Positions 1-11,511 of a stretch of 64,000 nucleotides of DNA are shown in pieces. How positions within the stretch are numbered: position 1 is the first letter of the stretch; each line of letters opens with the position of its first letter. The stretch comes from Octopus vulgaris (lineage: Eukaryota). A model generated the notes under the pieces. It was not told the origin of the DNA, ran no database searches, and worked only from the letters and a program-made list of their open reading frames with translations. Both the position numbers and the translations under genes were made by a program. Location of the stretch: positions 41,974,001-42,038,000 of the forward strand of contig OX597824.1 in assembly GCA_951406725.2 (NCBI GenBank), in the 5' to 3' direction.

Positions 1-132
1 GGCAGATTGAACTGCGTCATGCTGCAGTTTTTCTCAAAGACGGCGACCGTGTAGTCGCCAAAATCAAACAAACATGCACATGCACGAAGTTAAAAAAATA
101 TCAAATAGCGATAATTTACCCATGACACCCTA
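1..132 (-). mobile_element. Terminus of a Tc1/mariner-type DNA transposon, running out of the window
   Basis: Minus strand reads TA|TAGGGTGTCATGGGTAAATTATCGC...GGCGACTACAC. This is similar to the end at 39689 (TA|CAGGATGTGATGGGAAATTGTC...GCCGACTACAC). CAGGGTG-type ends in TA targets are typical of Tc1/mariner. Confidence 0.5.
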
Positions 133-165
133 TATATATTTATTTACACACACGCACACATATCT

Positions 166-566
166 GCGCAGGAGTGGCTGTGTGGTAAGTAGCTTCCTAC
201 CAACCACATGGTTCCGGGTTCAGTCCCACTGCGTGGCATCTTGGGCAAGTGTCTTCTGCTATAGCCCCGGGCCGACCAATGCCTTGTGAGTGGATTTGGT
301 AGACGGAAACTGAAAGAAGCCTGTCGTATATATGTATATATATATATATATAAGTGTGTGTGTATATGTTTGTGTGTCTGTGTTTGTCCCCCTAGCATTA
401 CTTGACAACCGATGCTGGTGTGTTTACGTCCCCGTCACTTAGCGGTTCAGCAAAAAGAGACCGATAGAATAAGTACTGGGCTTACAAAGAATAAGTCCCG
501 GGGTCTATTTGCTCGACTAAAGGCGGTGCTCCAGCATAGCCACAGTCGAATGAGTGAAACAAGTAA

Positions 567-570
<4 letters not shown>
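166..570 (+). mobile_element. SINE family A (tRNA head, CORE-like segment, internal TA/TG microsatellite, LINE-like tail), full length
   Basis: A-box-like TGGCTGTGTGGT, B-box-like GGTTCAGTCCC, CTTGGGCAAGT segment, tail GGCGGTGCTCCAGCAT...TGAAACAAGTAAAA. More than 10 copies or fragments in the window. Confidence 0.9.
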
Positions 571-646
<76 letters not shown>

Positions 647-661
647 TTCTTTTCTTTTTTC

Positions 662-1059
662 TTTTTTACTTGTTTCAGTCATTTGACTGCGGCCATGCTG
701 GAGCACCGCCTTTAATCGAGCAACTCGACCCCAGGACTTATTTTTTTGTAAGCCCAGTACTTATTCTATCGGTCTCTTTTGCCGAACCGCTAAGTAACGG
801 GGACATAAACACACCAGCATCGGTTGTCAAGCAATGCTAGGGGACAAACACAGACACACGAACACACACACACACACATATATATATACATATATACGAC
901 GGGCTTCTTTCAGTTTCCGTCTACCAAATCCACTCACAAGGCTTTGGTCGGCCCGAGGCTATAGTAGAAGACACTTGCCCAAGGTGCCACGCAGTGGGAC
1001 TGAACCCGGAACCATGTGGCTGGTAAACAAGCTACTTACCACACAGCCACTCCTGCGCC
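662..1059 (-). mobile_element. SINE family A, full length, inverted relative to 166-570
   Basis: Reverse complement of the 166-570 element, separated from it by a (TA)n tract. Confidence 0.9.
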
Positions 1060-1449
1060 TACTTAACTATCTGCAACTGATCTGATCTTTTAGTTAGCCC
1101 TGTTTTATCTCTATTAGTATTATTGTTATGACTTGTGAAATTTAGCCTCACGCCTTGTGTCTTTTTTATATGTACATATAATTCTATAGTTCATCTTAAT
1201 TATATATCGTTGTCTCATGTCTTGTGTTAAATATATATTTAATCTTAAAGCTTGCCCCTAATTTTATTTTATTTTTTTCGATCAGTCTCACGCCTCGTAG
1301 ATATAGAATAAATGTATTTATAATTTATAATTTATAGCTCCTTATCGTCCACGCTTCTCCCATAGATTAGGCAAAATTTAGGTATTTATTTATAGCTACT
1401 AATACCTATTTCTCTCCTAAGAAAGGAATGGCTGCCGCCCGGTTTTCTA

Positions 1450-1485
<36 letters not shown>

Positions 1486-1625
1486 CATATACAAACAGCT
1501 GTAATTTACTAGATGTATCATTTATTTGTATCAAATAATAAAACTGAATTGAATTTATCATTTAATGATTAAATTATTTAATTGTTCAATTTGTTGTTTT
1601 GGTTTCCATTTCAAATTTATACATG

Positions 1626-1663
<38 letters not shown>

Positions 1664-2579
1664 TACATACATACATACATACATACATACATACATACAT
1701 ACATACATACATACATACATACATACATACATGCATATATATACACATACATCCTTAATTTAAGAATATCCTTCTCTCTTGTTCCCACTATCTATTTATT
1801 TATCTTCTATTCTCTTCTAGTCTGTCTTTCTGTCTGTCTGTCTCTCTCTCTCTGCATGTATGCCCACATACACACACACACACAAATACAGCTTTGTTTT
1901 CTCGGCTGAGTTGATCACCTCCTAATCTCTTCTTTGTTTAATTTGCAAGTCCTCTCTCTCTCTCTCTAGCTCTCTCTCTCTCTCTTCCTCCCTCCCTACC
2001 TCTCTTTATCTAATTCTCCCTCGCTTACTCTCTTCCCCTCACTCTGTCCCCCCTCTCACTCTCTCTCAATAATACTCATATTTCTAATTTCTCTCCTACA
2101 TCATTCTTATTTTCCTTCTTTCTTTCGTCGCCCTTTCTACAGTTCTTCCTTCACTTAAATTTGTTCTTATCGCTTCCATTTTTTCCCTACCTCTCCACAA
2201 ACCTCCATCAGAACTCCTTATATTTACAGCCAACCCACTCACCTCATCACCCAAACCTACCGGTCTTCAATGTTTCCAATGTCTGGACCATTCTTTGTCC
2301 TCCTAATTCCTTCTCTTTTCGACTTGTTTTCTTGCTTTTATTATCATTCTTTTTCTTTTTGCTTTTCTTTTTTTTTTTTTTTTTTTTTTGCTACCAAAGG
2401 ACATATTTACACACGAGCAAGTCTGCTGTCCTGTTAAAGAAACTGGACAGTGGTCAAACAAGATTCAATCAAGATGTCAGACTACGTATAGACGAAGATA
2501 GTGGAAGAGGGGAAAAGAGCGGGCAGTTGTTGTTGGTTTTGTTATTGATGTTAGATTTTTACTTTTCTTTTGTTGTTGA

Positions 2580-2611
2580 AATCATCATCATCATCCTCAT
2601 CCTCATCCTCA

Positions 2612-2703
<92 letters not shown>

Positions 2704-2710
2704 ATTGTTG

Positions 2711-2808
<98 letters not shown>

Positions 2809-2810
2809 CG
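2580..2810. repeat. Compound trinucleotide microsatellite (ATC)(ATT)(GTT)(ATT)(AGT)
   Basis: Directly visible; source of the poly-I/V/S/L ORFs. Confidence 0.95.
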
Positions 2811-3163
2811 TAATAGCTGCACGAGAAGTAGTGGTAGTAGTTGATGAGTAGGTAGTGGAGGTGTTGGTAGTCGTATTAGTTATTATTAGTTGCTGCTGTA
2901 TCGGTGATGGTCAAGCTTGTGCAATCAAGATGGTGGTAGCTACAAACACCGTTGTTGTCGGCGGTGTTGAGTAGACAGTAGCAGCAGCAGTGTTGGAAGG
3001 TGGTGGTGGTGGTGGTGGTGGTGATGACGGTGGATGTGATGGTTGTGGTGATTGTGTTGGTTATGGTGGCGGTGATAGTAATGGTTTTTGTTAAAAGGTG
3101 GCGCTGGGAAGCGGTAGATGAGGTTAAATTCTGTAGTCGGTGAAGATAGCAATAGTCATGAAC

Positions 3164-3735
3164 AAAATGAGTGACTTATGGGGAACAGATAGACATCAGT
3201 AATGGCGGTGATGGAAGAGGAATTGTGGGGAGGATGACGATAGCAATGACAATATTGATGGTAATGACAGACAACGACAAAACTGATAACCAATGGGAGA
3301 AATGATCTCCTAGAAATAGCAGTCAAATCTCATTCAAATTACCTTATGTAATAAGAAATAAACAAAAATAAAACTGGATGGTCATGGTTGGAAAGCTGTT
3401 AATCAAAGGTCTGTTAATCAGGGCTGACTGGGAATGGACTAAAATGAGTGACTTATGACGGATAAATAGATAGACATCAGAAATGACGGTGATGGTGGAA
3501 GAATTGGGGGAAGGATGACGAAAACAATGGCAATATTGAAGGTAGTGACAGACAACGACAGAACTGGTAACGTGTGGGGAGAATGACCTCATAGAAATAG
3601 CAGTTAAATCTCATTTAAATCACAACATGTAACATCCTAAAAGAAATAAACAAAAATAGAACTGGGTGATCATGGCTGGAAAGCCGTTAATCAAAGTTCT
3701 ACTGGATCAGGGCTGAGCTGGTAATTGACTAAAAT
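3164..3735. repeat. Diverged tandem duplication, 2 units of about 280-295 bp
   Basis: Units start AAAATGAGTGACTTATG at 3164 and 3441 and share ATAGACATCAG, GACAGACAACGACA, TAGAAATAGCAGT and ATCAGGGCTGA in the same order. Confidence 0.85.
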
Positions 3736-3854
3736 ATGACAATTATAGGCAAGGGAAGTTCTTCAATGTCGCTTGACCGGTTAGGATTACTAGTCTAATC
3801 TTCTCAAATCATACGCTACCGTGTTAAATAAGGTAAAGATATATGCGTTAAGTG

Positions 3855-4015
3855 AAGGCGTGTAGCCTACCGGTTAGAATTCTGCATTCACGATTGCAAG
3901 ATTCTGGTTTCAATTCCTGGACCGGGCGTTGTGTTTTGTTCTTGAGCAAAACACTTCATTTCACGCTCCCGCAGACCACTCAGCTGTAAGTGAATAAACC
4001 TGTGACTTACTGACG
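3855..4015 (+). mobile_element. Old decayed tRNA-derived SINE (CORE-like)
   Basis: TAGCCTACCGGTTAG A-box-like, GGTTTCAATTCC B-box-like, then CTTGAGCAAAACACTT. Confidence 0.55.
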
Positions 4016-4430
4016 CTAGGTTCAGAGAAAATATTGTGATCTTGGTCAATTACATGTCATGGAAACAAGGTCACCGGCCCTATAAGTCTTAAGACTCGTG
4101 GTAGTAATGTCCAAGGGACTTATATGCATTAGTGTAGTCCTAGGTATCCAAAAGATGGGATGGTCACAGCTGGAATGACTTCAAAGATAGGTTGGGTCGA
4201 CCAAGGATTGATCTGGTACTAAACAACCACAAACAACAATGATGATGATAACGGTGATACTGAGTGGTGGTAATAATGATGATGATGGTGATTGTGATGG
4301 TAGTGATGTTGATGAGGATTATGGTGATGATGAGGATGATGATAATACTGGTGGTGATGGTGGAATGTGGACAATAGTTTTGGAATGGTAAAGATCAGGA
4401 GGAAAGATAAGGTTGCGTATAATGAAAGAC

Positions 4431-4751
4431 GGAGGCGCAATGGCCCAGTGGTTAGGGCAGCGGACTCGTGGTCGGAGGATCGCAGTTTCGATTCCCAGAT
4501 TGGGCGTTGTGTGTGTTTATTGAGCGAAAACACCTAAAGCTCCACAAAGCTCCGGCGAGGGGTGGGTGGCGACCCCTGTTGTACTCTTTCGCTCCAACTT
4601 TCTCTCACTCTCCCTTCCTGTTTTATGAGCAACGCTGCGATGGGCTGGCGTCCTGTCCAGCTGGGGGAACACATACGCCACAGAAACCGGGAAACCGGGC
4701 CCATGAGCCTGGCTAGGCTTGAAAAGGACGCACAAATAAATAAATAAATAA
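4431..4751 (+). mobile_element. SINE family C with 12-bp TSD
   Basis: tRNA-like head GGAGGCGCAATGGCCCAGTGGTTAGGGC...GTTTCGATTCCC and (TAAA)n tail. Direct repeat ATAATGAAAGAC at 4419-4430 and 4752-4763. Confidence 0.9.
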
Positions 4752-6095
4752 ATAATGAAAGACAACTATGATCAAGGTTGTGAATACGTGTCAGTGGATG
4801 ATGATGATGATGATGATAATGATGACGACGACGACGACGATGTTGGTGATGAGGAGGATGATAGTGACAACGGCAATGATAATGACGATGATGATAGTGT
4901 TGGTTGTAGTGACGGTGGTGGTAACGATGAGGGTTATACTGACAGGTGAAGATGTGGACGGGTAAAATAGATTAGCAGTAGTGACGTTCATGATGACGAC
5001 GTTGTTAGTGATTTCGAAAGGGAAAGCAAAGTTGGTGGTGCAGGGACGAGTTGCAACGATCGTATAGTTCGTTCATATACATACATACATACATACACAC
5101 ATATACAAACACACGTGCATGTGTGTATGGAGTGTTGAGTGTAAAGTGGAAGAATGAGGAGACACAAATGAATAGCTTCTTTTGGCCACCGTAGACGTCT
5201 CGTCTTCATGTCTTGCGAAAATTCTAGCCGCAGGCACTCTTCTCCCGTCCTTGCGATAAAAGCACGATCCGACACCGGCGACGACGACGACGACGACGAT
5301 GACGATGACTACAGCAGCAACAACAACAACAGAAACAACAAGAAAAACAACAACAACAACAACAATAACGACGATGACGAGGGCAACAGCTACAATGACA
5401 ACAACCAGTGTAGCAACGATATCGGCGACATTAACAATGAAAATTACAATTGACAAGGTGAATAAAGAACAAGAACAACAAGAACAACTTTATCGACGAC
5501 GATGTCAACAACAACAACAACAACAACAACGAGGCGATGATAACGAAGCTGACAGCAACAATGACAACGACAGCAATAACAGCGGTGACGATGGACGATG
5601 GCAAAGACGCAACTGTTACAATTTTAATACAATAATAATGGCAACAACCACGACAATAACAGAAGTGTCAAATGACCACCACCACGACAACAATAACAGC
5701 AACAATGACAATTAGTAGAATCGACAAGGAAAAACAAACAGCAACAATAACAACAACAACAACAGCAACAATTAAAGAAGTCTCATATATATGTAAAATA
5801 GTGGGCTTGATAGAAAAATTTCGGTTATCGGTGATTATTCAAACAATTAACAGATAAAGAAGAAACTCCCTGTAGGATGTTTAGATTTTTTTTTTAAATA
5901 GAGAAGAGAAAGGTATTCAAGGGAGATAACTTCAATATGATTACTTGATTGAACCTTGAGGCACAATATAGACGGTCGTTATAATTCCCACTGCCACCTT
6001 CGAAATCCCCAAACAGTACCACGATTATCGATATCACTAGACGTAATTAACGTATCTTACTCACCCATCCTATCACCCGTTAACATCATTGTCGT

Positions 6096-6865
6096 AAGGC
6101 GGCGAGCCGGCAGAAACGTTAGCACGCCGGGCGAAATGCTTAGCGGTATTTCGTCTGCCGCTACGTTCTGAGTTCAAATTCCGCCGAGGTCGACTTTGCC
6201 TTTCATCCTTTCGGGGTCGATAAATTAAGTACCAGTTACGCACTGGGGGTCGAAGTAATCGACTTAATCCGTTTGTCTGTCCTTGTTTGTCCCTTCTGTG
6301 TTTAGCCCCTTGTGGGTAATAAAGAAATAAGAATCGTTTGCATGCCAGGCGAAATGCTTAGCAGTATTTCGTCTGTCATTACGTTCTGAGTTCAAATTCC
6401 GCCGAGGTCGACTTTGCCTTTCATCCTTTCGGGGTCGATAAATTAAGTACCAGTTACGCACTGGGGTCGAAGTAATCGACTTAATCCGTTTGTCTGTCCT
6501 TGTTTGTCCTCTCTGTGTTTAGACCCTTGTGGGTAGTAAAGAAATAGGTATTTCGTCTGTCTTTACGTTCTGAGTTCAAATTCCGCCGAGGTCGACTTTA
6601 CCTTTTATCCTTTCGGGGTCGATAAATTAAGTAACAGTTGCGCACTTGGGTCAATGGAATCGACTTAATCCCTTTGTCTGTCCTTGTTTGTCTCCCCTAT
6701 GTTTATCCCCTTGTGGGTAATAAAGAAATAAGTAACGTTAGCACGCCGGGCGAAATGCTTAGCGGTATTTCGACTGTCTTTACGTTCTAAGTTCAAATTC
6801 CGCGAAGTCGATCTAATCCCTCTCCCAAAATTTCAGGCCTTGTGCCTAGAGTAGAAAAGAATTAT
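6096..6865 (+). mobile_element. SINE family B head-to-tail array (4 units)
   Basis: Repeated GAGTTCAAATTCCGCCGAGGTCGACTTTGCCTTTCATCCTTTCGGGGTCGATAAATTAAGTACCAG (resembles the Meta/MESC SINE domain, from recall). Three long tails ending AAAGAAATA, then one short tail ending GCCTTGTGCCTAGAGTAGAAAAG. Confidence 0.9.
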
Positions 6866-7499
6866 CGTCGTCGTCATCGTGTCATCGTCATCATCGTTGT
6901 CGTCGTCGTTGTCTTTGTCGCTGTCGTCGTCATCGTCGTCATCGTCGTCGTAGTTGTCTTTGTCGTCACCCTCTTCATCGTCGTAAGTTGCTTGCAATGA
7001 ACTACTTTATGCACTGACAAACACACATTCACACACACACATATGCTAATCAAATGAAACTGACTATACAAATATAAACAACGCAAGTTACACAAATAGC
7101 ATTAAAAGTCATAATAGAATTATCACCCAGTATAATGCTACTTACGGAATTCAGGTAGCATCGGATATTTGAAAAATTCTCTTTAGGGCATTAAATAAAC
7201 ATTTTTTTCCTCTAGATATTCCACTAAAACTTATCTAGCTGATAATAAAGCTGATAGTAAGAAATTGAATACTTATAGAAATAGCGACTGTAAGTTTAAT
7301 TAGTCAGGCGGCAAATACTATTACAAATACTGTTACAAATAATATGCTATCTGGTACAAAAATGGTGACGGCAATAATATTGTGTCTCCTCTTGGTAATA
7401 ACATTAACTGTAAAATAAATAAATAAATAAATAAATAAGCTCCCTGATGACAGTAAACTTAATAGTATTTTCAACTATAGGAATAGTAATATATTTAAT

Positions 7500-7692
7500 A
7501 TGTAAGCACTTAGCCACTACACACAGTTTTTTTCTCTCCTTGTTTCTCTCGTTTTTTTTTTATTTTTCTGTAGAAGAGAGTAGGCTAGAAACGTAAAAGG
7601 CTTTTTCAATTCCTGAGCGTTATACTAATACATCTGTTTGTTTTCTACACCACCTGTTTTCGTCTTTTGTTTTTTTCGTGAACTCTCCCTAT
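7500..7692 (+). mobile_element. PLE-like fragment with variant hammerhead motif (CUGUNGA family)
   Basis: 7563-7600: ttttt CTGTAGA a gaga gtag gcta GAAA cg TA aaagg. Homologous to the copies at 39485, 49770, 50567 and 58130. Confidence 0.65.
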
Positions 7693-7696
7693 ATAA

Positions 7697-7750
<54 letters not shown>

Positions 7751-8022
7751 GGGTTGACATTTCAAAAAAGAAGCTATTTTCAACTGCTTAGAATAGTGTA
7801 CTCAAAGATAAATCTTCTGAGAGTGAATATAGATAACTCGCACCATATTTGTTAGTCTGGCAATATATATATTCTGATCTGATTTGCCTATGCCTCATCG
7901 GGAACTCATGAGCCATTGACGAAGCAATATATATTTCATCAGATTAACGAATACGGATTACATAATCTCCCTGTCTGTCTCTATATATATATTTAGAGAG
8001 AGAGTGAAAGAGAGAAAAAGGA

Positions 8023-8057
<35 letters not shown>

Positions 8058-8187
8058 AAGAGGGAGAGAGATAAGTGCCAACGCACGAATTTTCGGCCCT
8101 TGAGTCACTCTGTTGCTTCTGCTAAATATTAATAAAATTATACATATACTCAAATTTCGAGTTCTATTTTTCATATATGCATCCCCA

Positions 8188-8264
<77 letters not shown>

Positions 8265-8273
8265 GTTTCTCTG

Positions 8274-8332
<59 letters not shown>

Positions 8333-10629
8333 GATCTCGGAACTCCATTATATGGAACAAATGTTACAAACCACCGTGCCCTCGAAAAGATGAAGGGCAA
8401 ATCCAGTGGGATTTGAACTCCAAGGGTCTGTAATCGGAGCAAATATAGCAAAGCCATCTACTCCCCCCATCTCTCTATCTCCCTCCCTTCTCCTTTCTCT
8501 TTGTTTATTTTTGTTAGTGGTGTCCTACGAGTATGGCAGTATTTAAACATTTTATTATAATTGGAAATCTGACAGACTTAACGGAGACATACGTGTTTGT
8601 GTGTGCGTGTGAGTTGTGTTTATATTGTGTATGTGTATGTTTGTGAGCTGGAAGAATACGAGGGTGGGGGGGCATACAATTTGAAAGAAGGAGAGAGGTG
8701 GGGGTTCTGAGTTGAAATATTCTAGAAGGTAACATCGTCCTCCAGTCAATAACAAGCGATCAGGTAACAGATTAAACATTAGATATCAGTGACGTGATGT
8801 AATTTCTACCACAGTTCAATCAACATGACAGTAAAACTTGGACAGAGGACGGCGGTAGTTTGGGCTGAGTGATTGATAGAAAGACAGAAAAACAGGGAAA
8901 ATATGTGTGTGTGTATATATTGATATTGATGTACGAGTAGGAGGAGGAAGAAGATCGCATGAGAAGGAGAAAAAGGGGGAAAGGAAAGATGAGGTGTGGT
9001 GGTGGTGAAAACTGATAATGAACAAGCAAGAGATGATATCAGACATTTTAATGACAAATTTGAGAAACAGAAAGTACTATAGTCGCATTGAAGATAAAAC
9101 AGCCATTCAGCAATCGACATAAGCGTGGTTCGAAACTCAACAGTAACCTTCTTGATTTCTTTCTGCATTAAATGGATGATGACTGCAATGCTGAAGGCGG
9201 TGGAACATTAGAACTGTGAGAATGTTGCACAGGAAGCCTTGTGATATTTCTTCCGTGTTTTTTTTGGGAGGAAGGGGGCTCTGAATTCAAATACCGCAAT
9301 GGCCCACTTGAGAGGTAAACTCAACCCGCCACCTGGTTTAGCACTAGTACCTGATATCTTATGTAATTTTAGTCCACACTACTGCAAGCATTTGGGCCAG
9401 GTTTCCTCTCTCCTTTTCCACACATGAGCTCTGCATTTCATCCCGATTAAGAAGTTAAAAAATACACTAACTTAATTAGCTCTTTGCAAATTACCAGCGT
9501 GCCTTAAACCCGACGCCATGTTATTCTAGTCTGATATATCTTTCTGTTCTATCATCATGTGCTCCATTGGAATCTTTTGTTATTCCTATATCATAGTTCC
9601 CTCCATAACTCTGGTCGTGAAATACCACGATTCTATCATTCGAATTATGTTCATAATTTTTTATATATATCTTTATTTGTTGTTCATGGTTTGAGAATTA
9701 TTTAAAAATTATAAGAAATCTTGGAAGGCTAAAAAACAGTAACCGATACATATATCAAGAAAATTCTTCACACGACATCATGAGCAGTATACAGAGCGCT
9801 TACGATCGTTCCAGAGCGTTGGAATTATTACAGTTATCAAGGGAGTCTACTGGCGGAATCACATCCTAAACGTAAGCAGTATCTCATTGGCTGGTGCTTC
9901 TCGCCAGGACTAAAAGAGATTGCACTCCACCTCAATGATTATTCACGATCTACAAAGCACATGCGAAGCCCACAACGGAGTATTGTGTCTGGAACGGTGC
10001 TGTTGCTGCAGACACAGACACTTTAGCCCGCAACCACTGAAGAGTCGCTCAACTGATTGGCATAGAATCACTCAGACACACTCTCAGAATCCAGGTCCAG
10101 GAGCACACTGTTTCTTCTCCATGACGACATTACCAGCCCTGACGTTAACCTTCCTTTCATTGCGCTTGTTTGTCCAACTTCCTTATCCATGAACTAAACA
10201 CTACGCATAGTCCTTCCTTCACCGACTGGCAGCCTGCTCATGTTTTTTTTCTCTGGTAGTATTTACTGCAATAGTTCGATAGGAATATTCATATTATCAA
10301 TCTCAATTGTATCGGAAGGCCCGTTAACGTCAAAGGCACTGCAACATGCAACAAGGAAAACATAGATCGATTGACAGAGCATTTGATGCGCAGTATATAG
10401 AAAGCTAGGGATATATAAATTAGATTGATGAATAGCTAGCAAATTAGATAGATAAATATATTTATCTAGTATATACCAATACACTATATACATGTATATA
10501 CAAGGACAGCAGAATCCTACGAAAGTACTGGTTAATTACCTAAACAAAGAATATTGAACATAATACTTAATACTCAATTGCAAGGTAACTATTTAAATCT
10601 TGGTTTATATATATTGTATTTATTATAAT

Positions 10630-10992
10630 AAGACGAGAAAATAGAGCGGTAATTAATAAATTATCATTTATTAATTAAAAAAATTGACAAACATCCCTTA
10701 CAGATGTTTCAGTTCAGACCTCCAGAAAATTAATTAATTAAATTAAAAAGTATTTGAAAGTCGAATCTCTTCAGAGGTAGATAAAGATTACAGAATAGGT
10801 GTTGAATTTCCTCATATTGAGTAAATGGCTGAAGAGATTCGATTTTCAAATAATTCGACTTTCAAATCATTTTTAATTTGATTAATTAATTTTCGGGGGG
10901 GGGGGGGTTCTGAATTGAAACAGCTGAAAGGGATGCTTGTCAATTTTTTAATTAAATAATAATTAATTAATTACCTCTCTATTTTTCGTCTT
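10630..10992. mobile_element. PLE-like inverted pseudo-LTR pair with hammerhead motifs
   Basis: 10630-10774 is the imperfect reverse complement of 10829-10992. Minus arm: cct CTGAAGA ...long stem II... GAAA catctg TA agg. Confidence 0.65.
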
Positions 10993-11002
10993 ATTTTATA
11001 TA

Positions 11003-11200
11003 CAGGCATAAGAGCGGCTGTATAATAAGAAGCTTGCTTCCAAAGCACATAGTCCGGGGTTCAGTCTCACTGCGTGGCACCTTGGGCAAGTGTCTTCTAC
11101 AATAGCCTCGGGCTGACCAAACACTCGCGAGTTGATTTGGTTGACGGAAACTGAAAGAAACCCATCGTATATATATACATACATATATATGCATATATAA

Positions 11201-11233
<33 letters not shown>

Positions 11234-11470
11234 TGTATGTATGTATGTATGTATGTATGTATGTATGTAGTAATTGTGTGTCTTTGTTCCCCCACCATCG
11301 TTTGATAACTGATGTTAGTGTGTTTACGTTCCCGTAACTTAGCGGTTCGGCTAAAGATACCGATAGCATAAGCACTAGGCTTACAAAGAATAAGTCCTGG
11401 GGTTGATTACTTCGACTAAAATCAGTGTTTCAGTATAGCTGCAGTCAAATGACTGAAACAAGTAAAAAAG
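11003..11470 (+). mobile_element. SINE family A, full length, diverged
   Basis: Head, internal (TATG)n and tail CAGTCAAATGACTGAAACAAGTAAAA. Confidence 0.9.
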
Positions 11471-11473
11471 AAC

Positions 11474-11511
<38 letters not shown>

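Noticed and set aside
74-1085. Recurrent peptides such as [25 protein letters not shown] and RKDERQSRPRRNLNSE as a gene family
   Set aside because: These are conceptual translations of SINE A and SINE B.
4431-4505. tRNA gene (likewise the heads at 166, 6096 and 61195)
   Set aside because: A/B boxes are present, but I could not fold a clean cloverleaf and there is no T-run terminator. The sequence continues into a SINE body and tail, with a TSD at 4431.
6096-6865. Repeat-spacer appearance suggesting a CRISPR array (also 55890-56450)
   Set aside because: Units are about 180-235 bp, wholly homologous with no unique spacers, dispersed elsewhere as SINEs, and there are no cas genes.
9260-10260. 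Possible RTE or other LINE relic (HGVGF on the minus strand near 9505-9519)
   Set aside because: A single short motif with no other recognisable EN or RT motifs.
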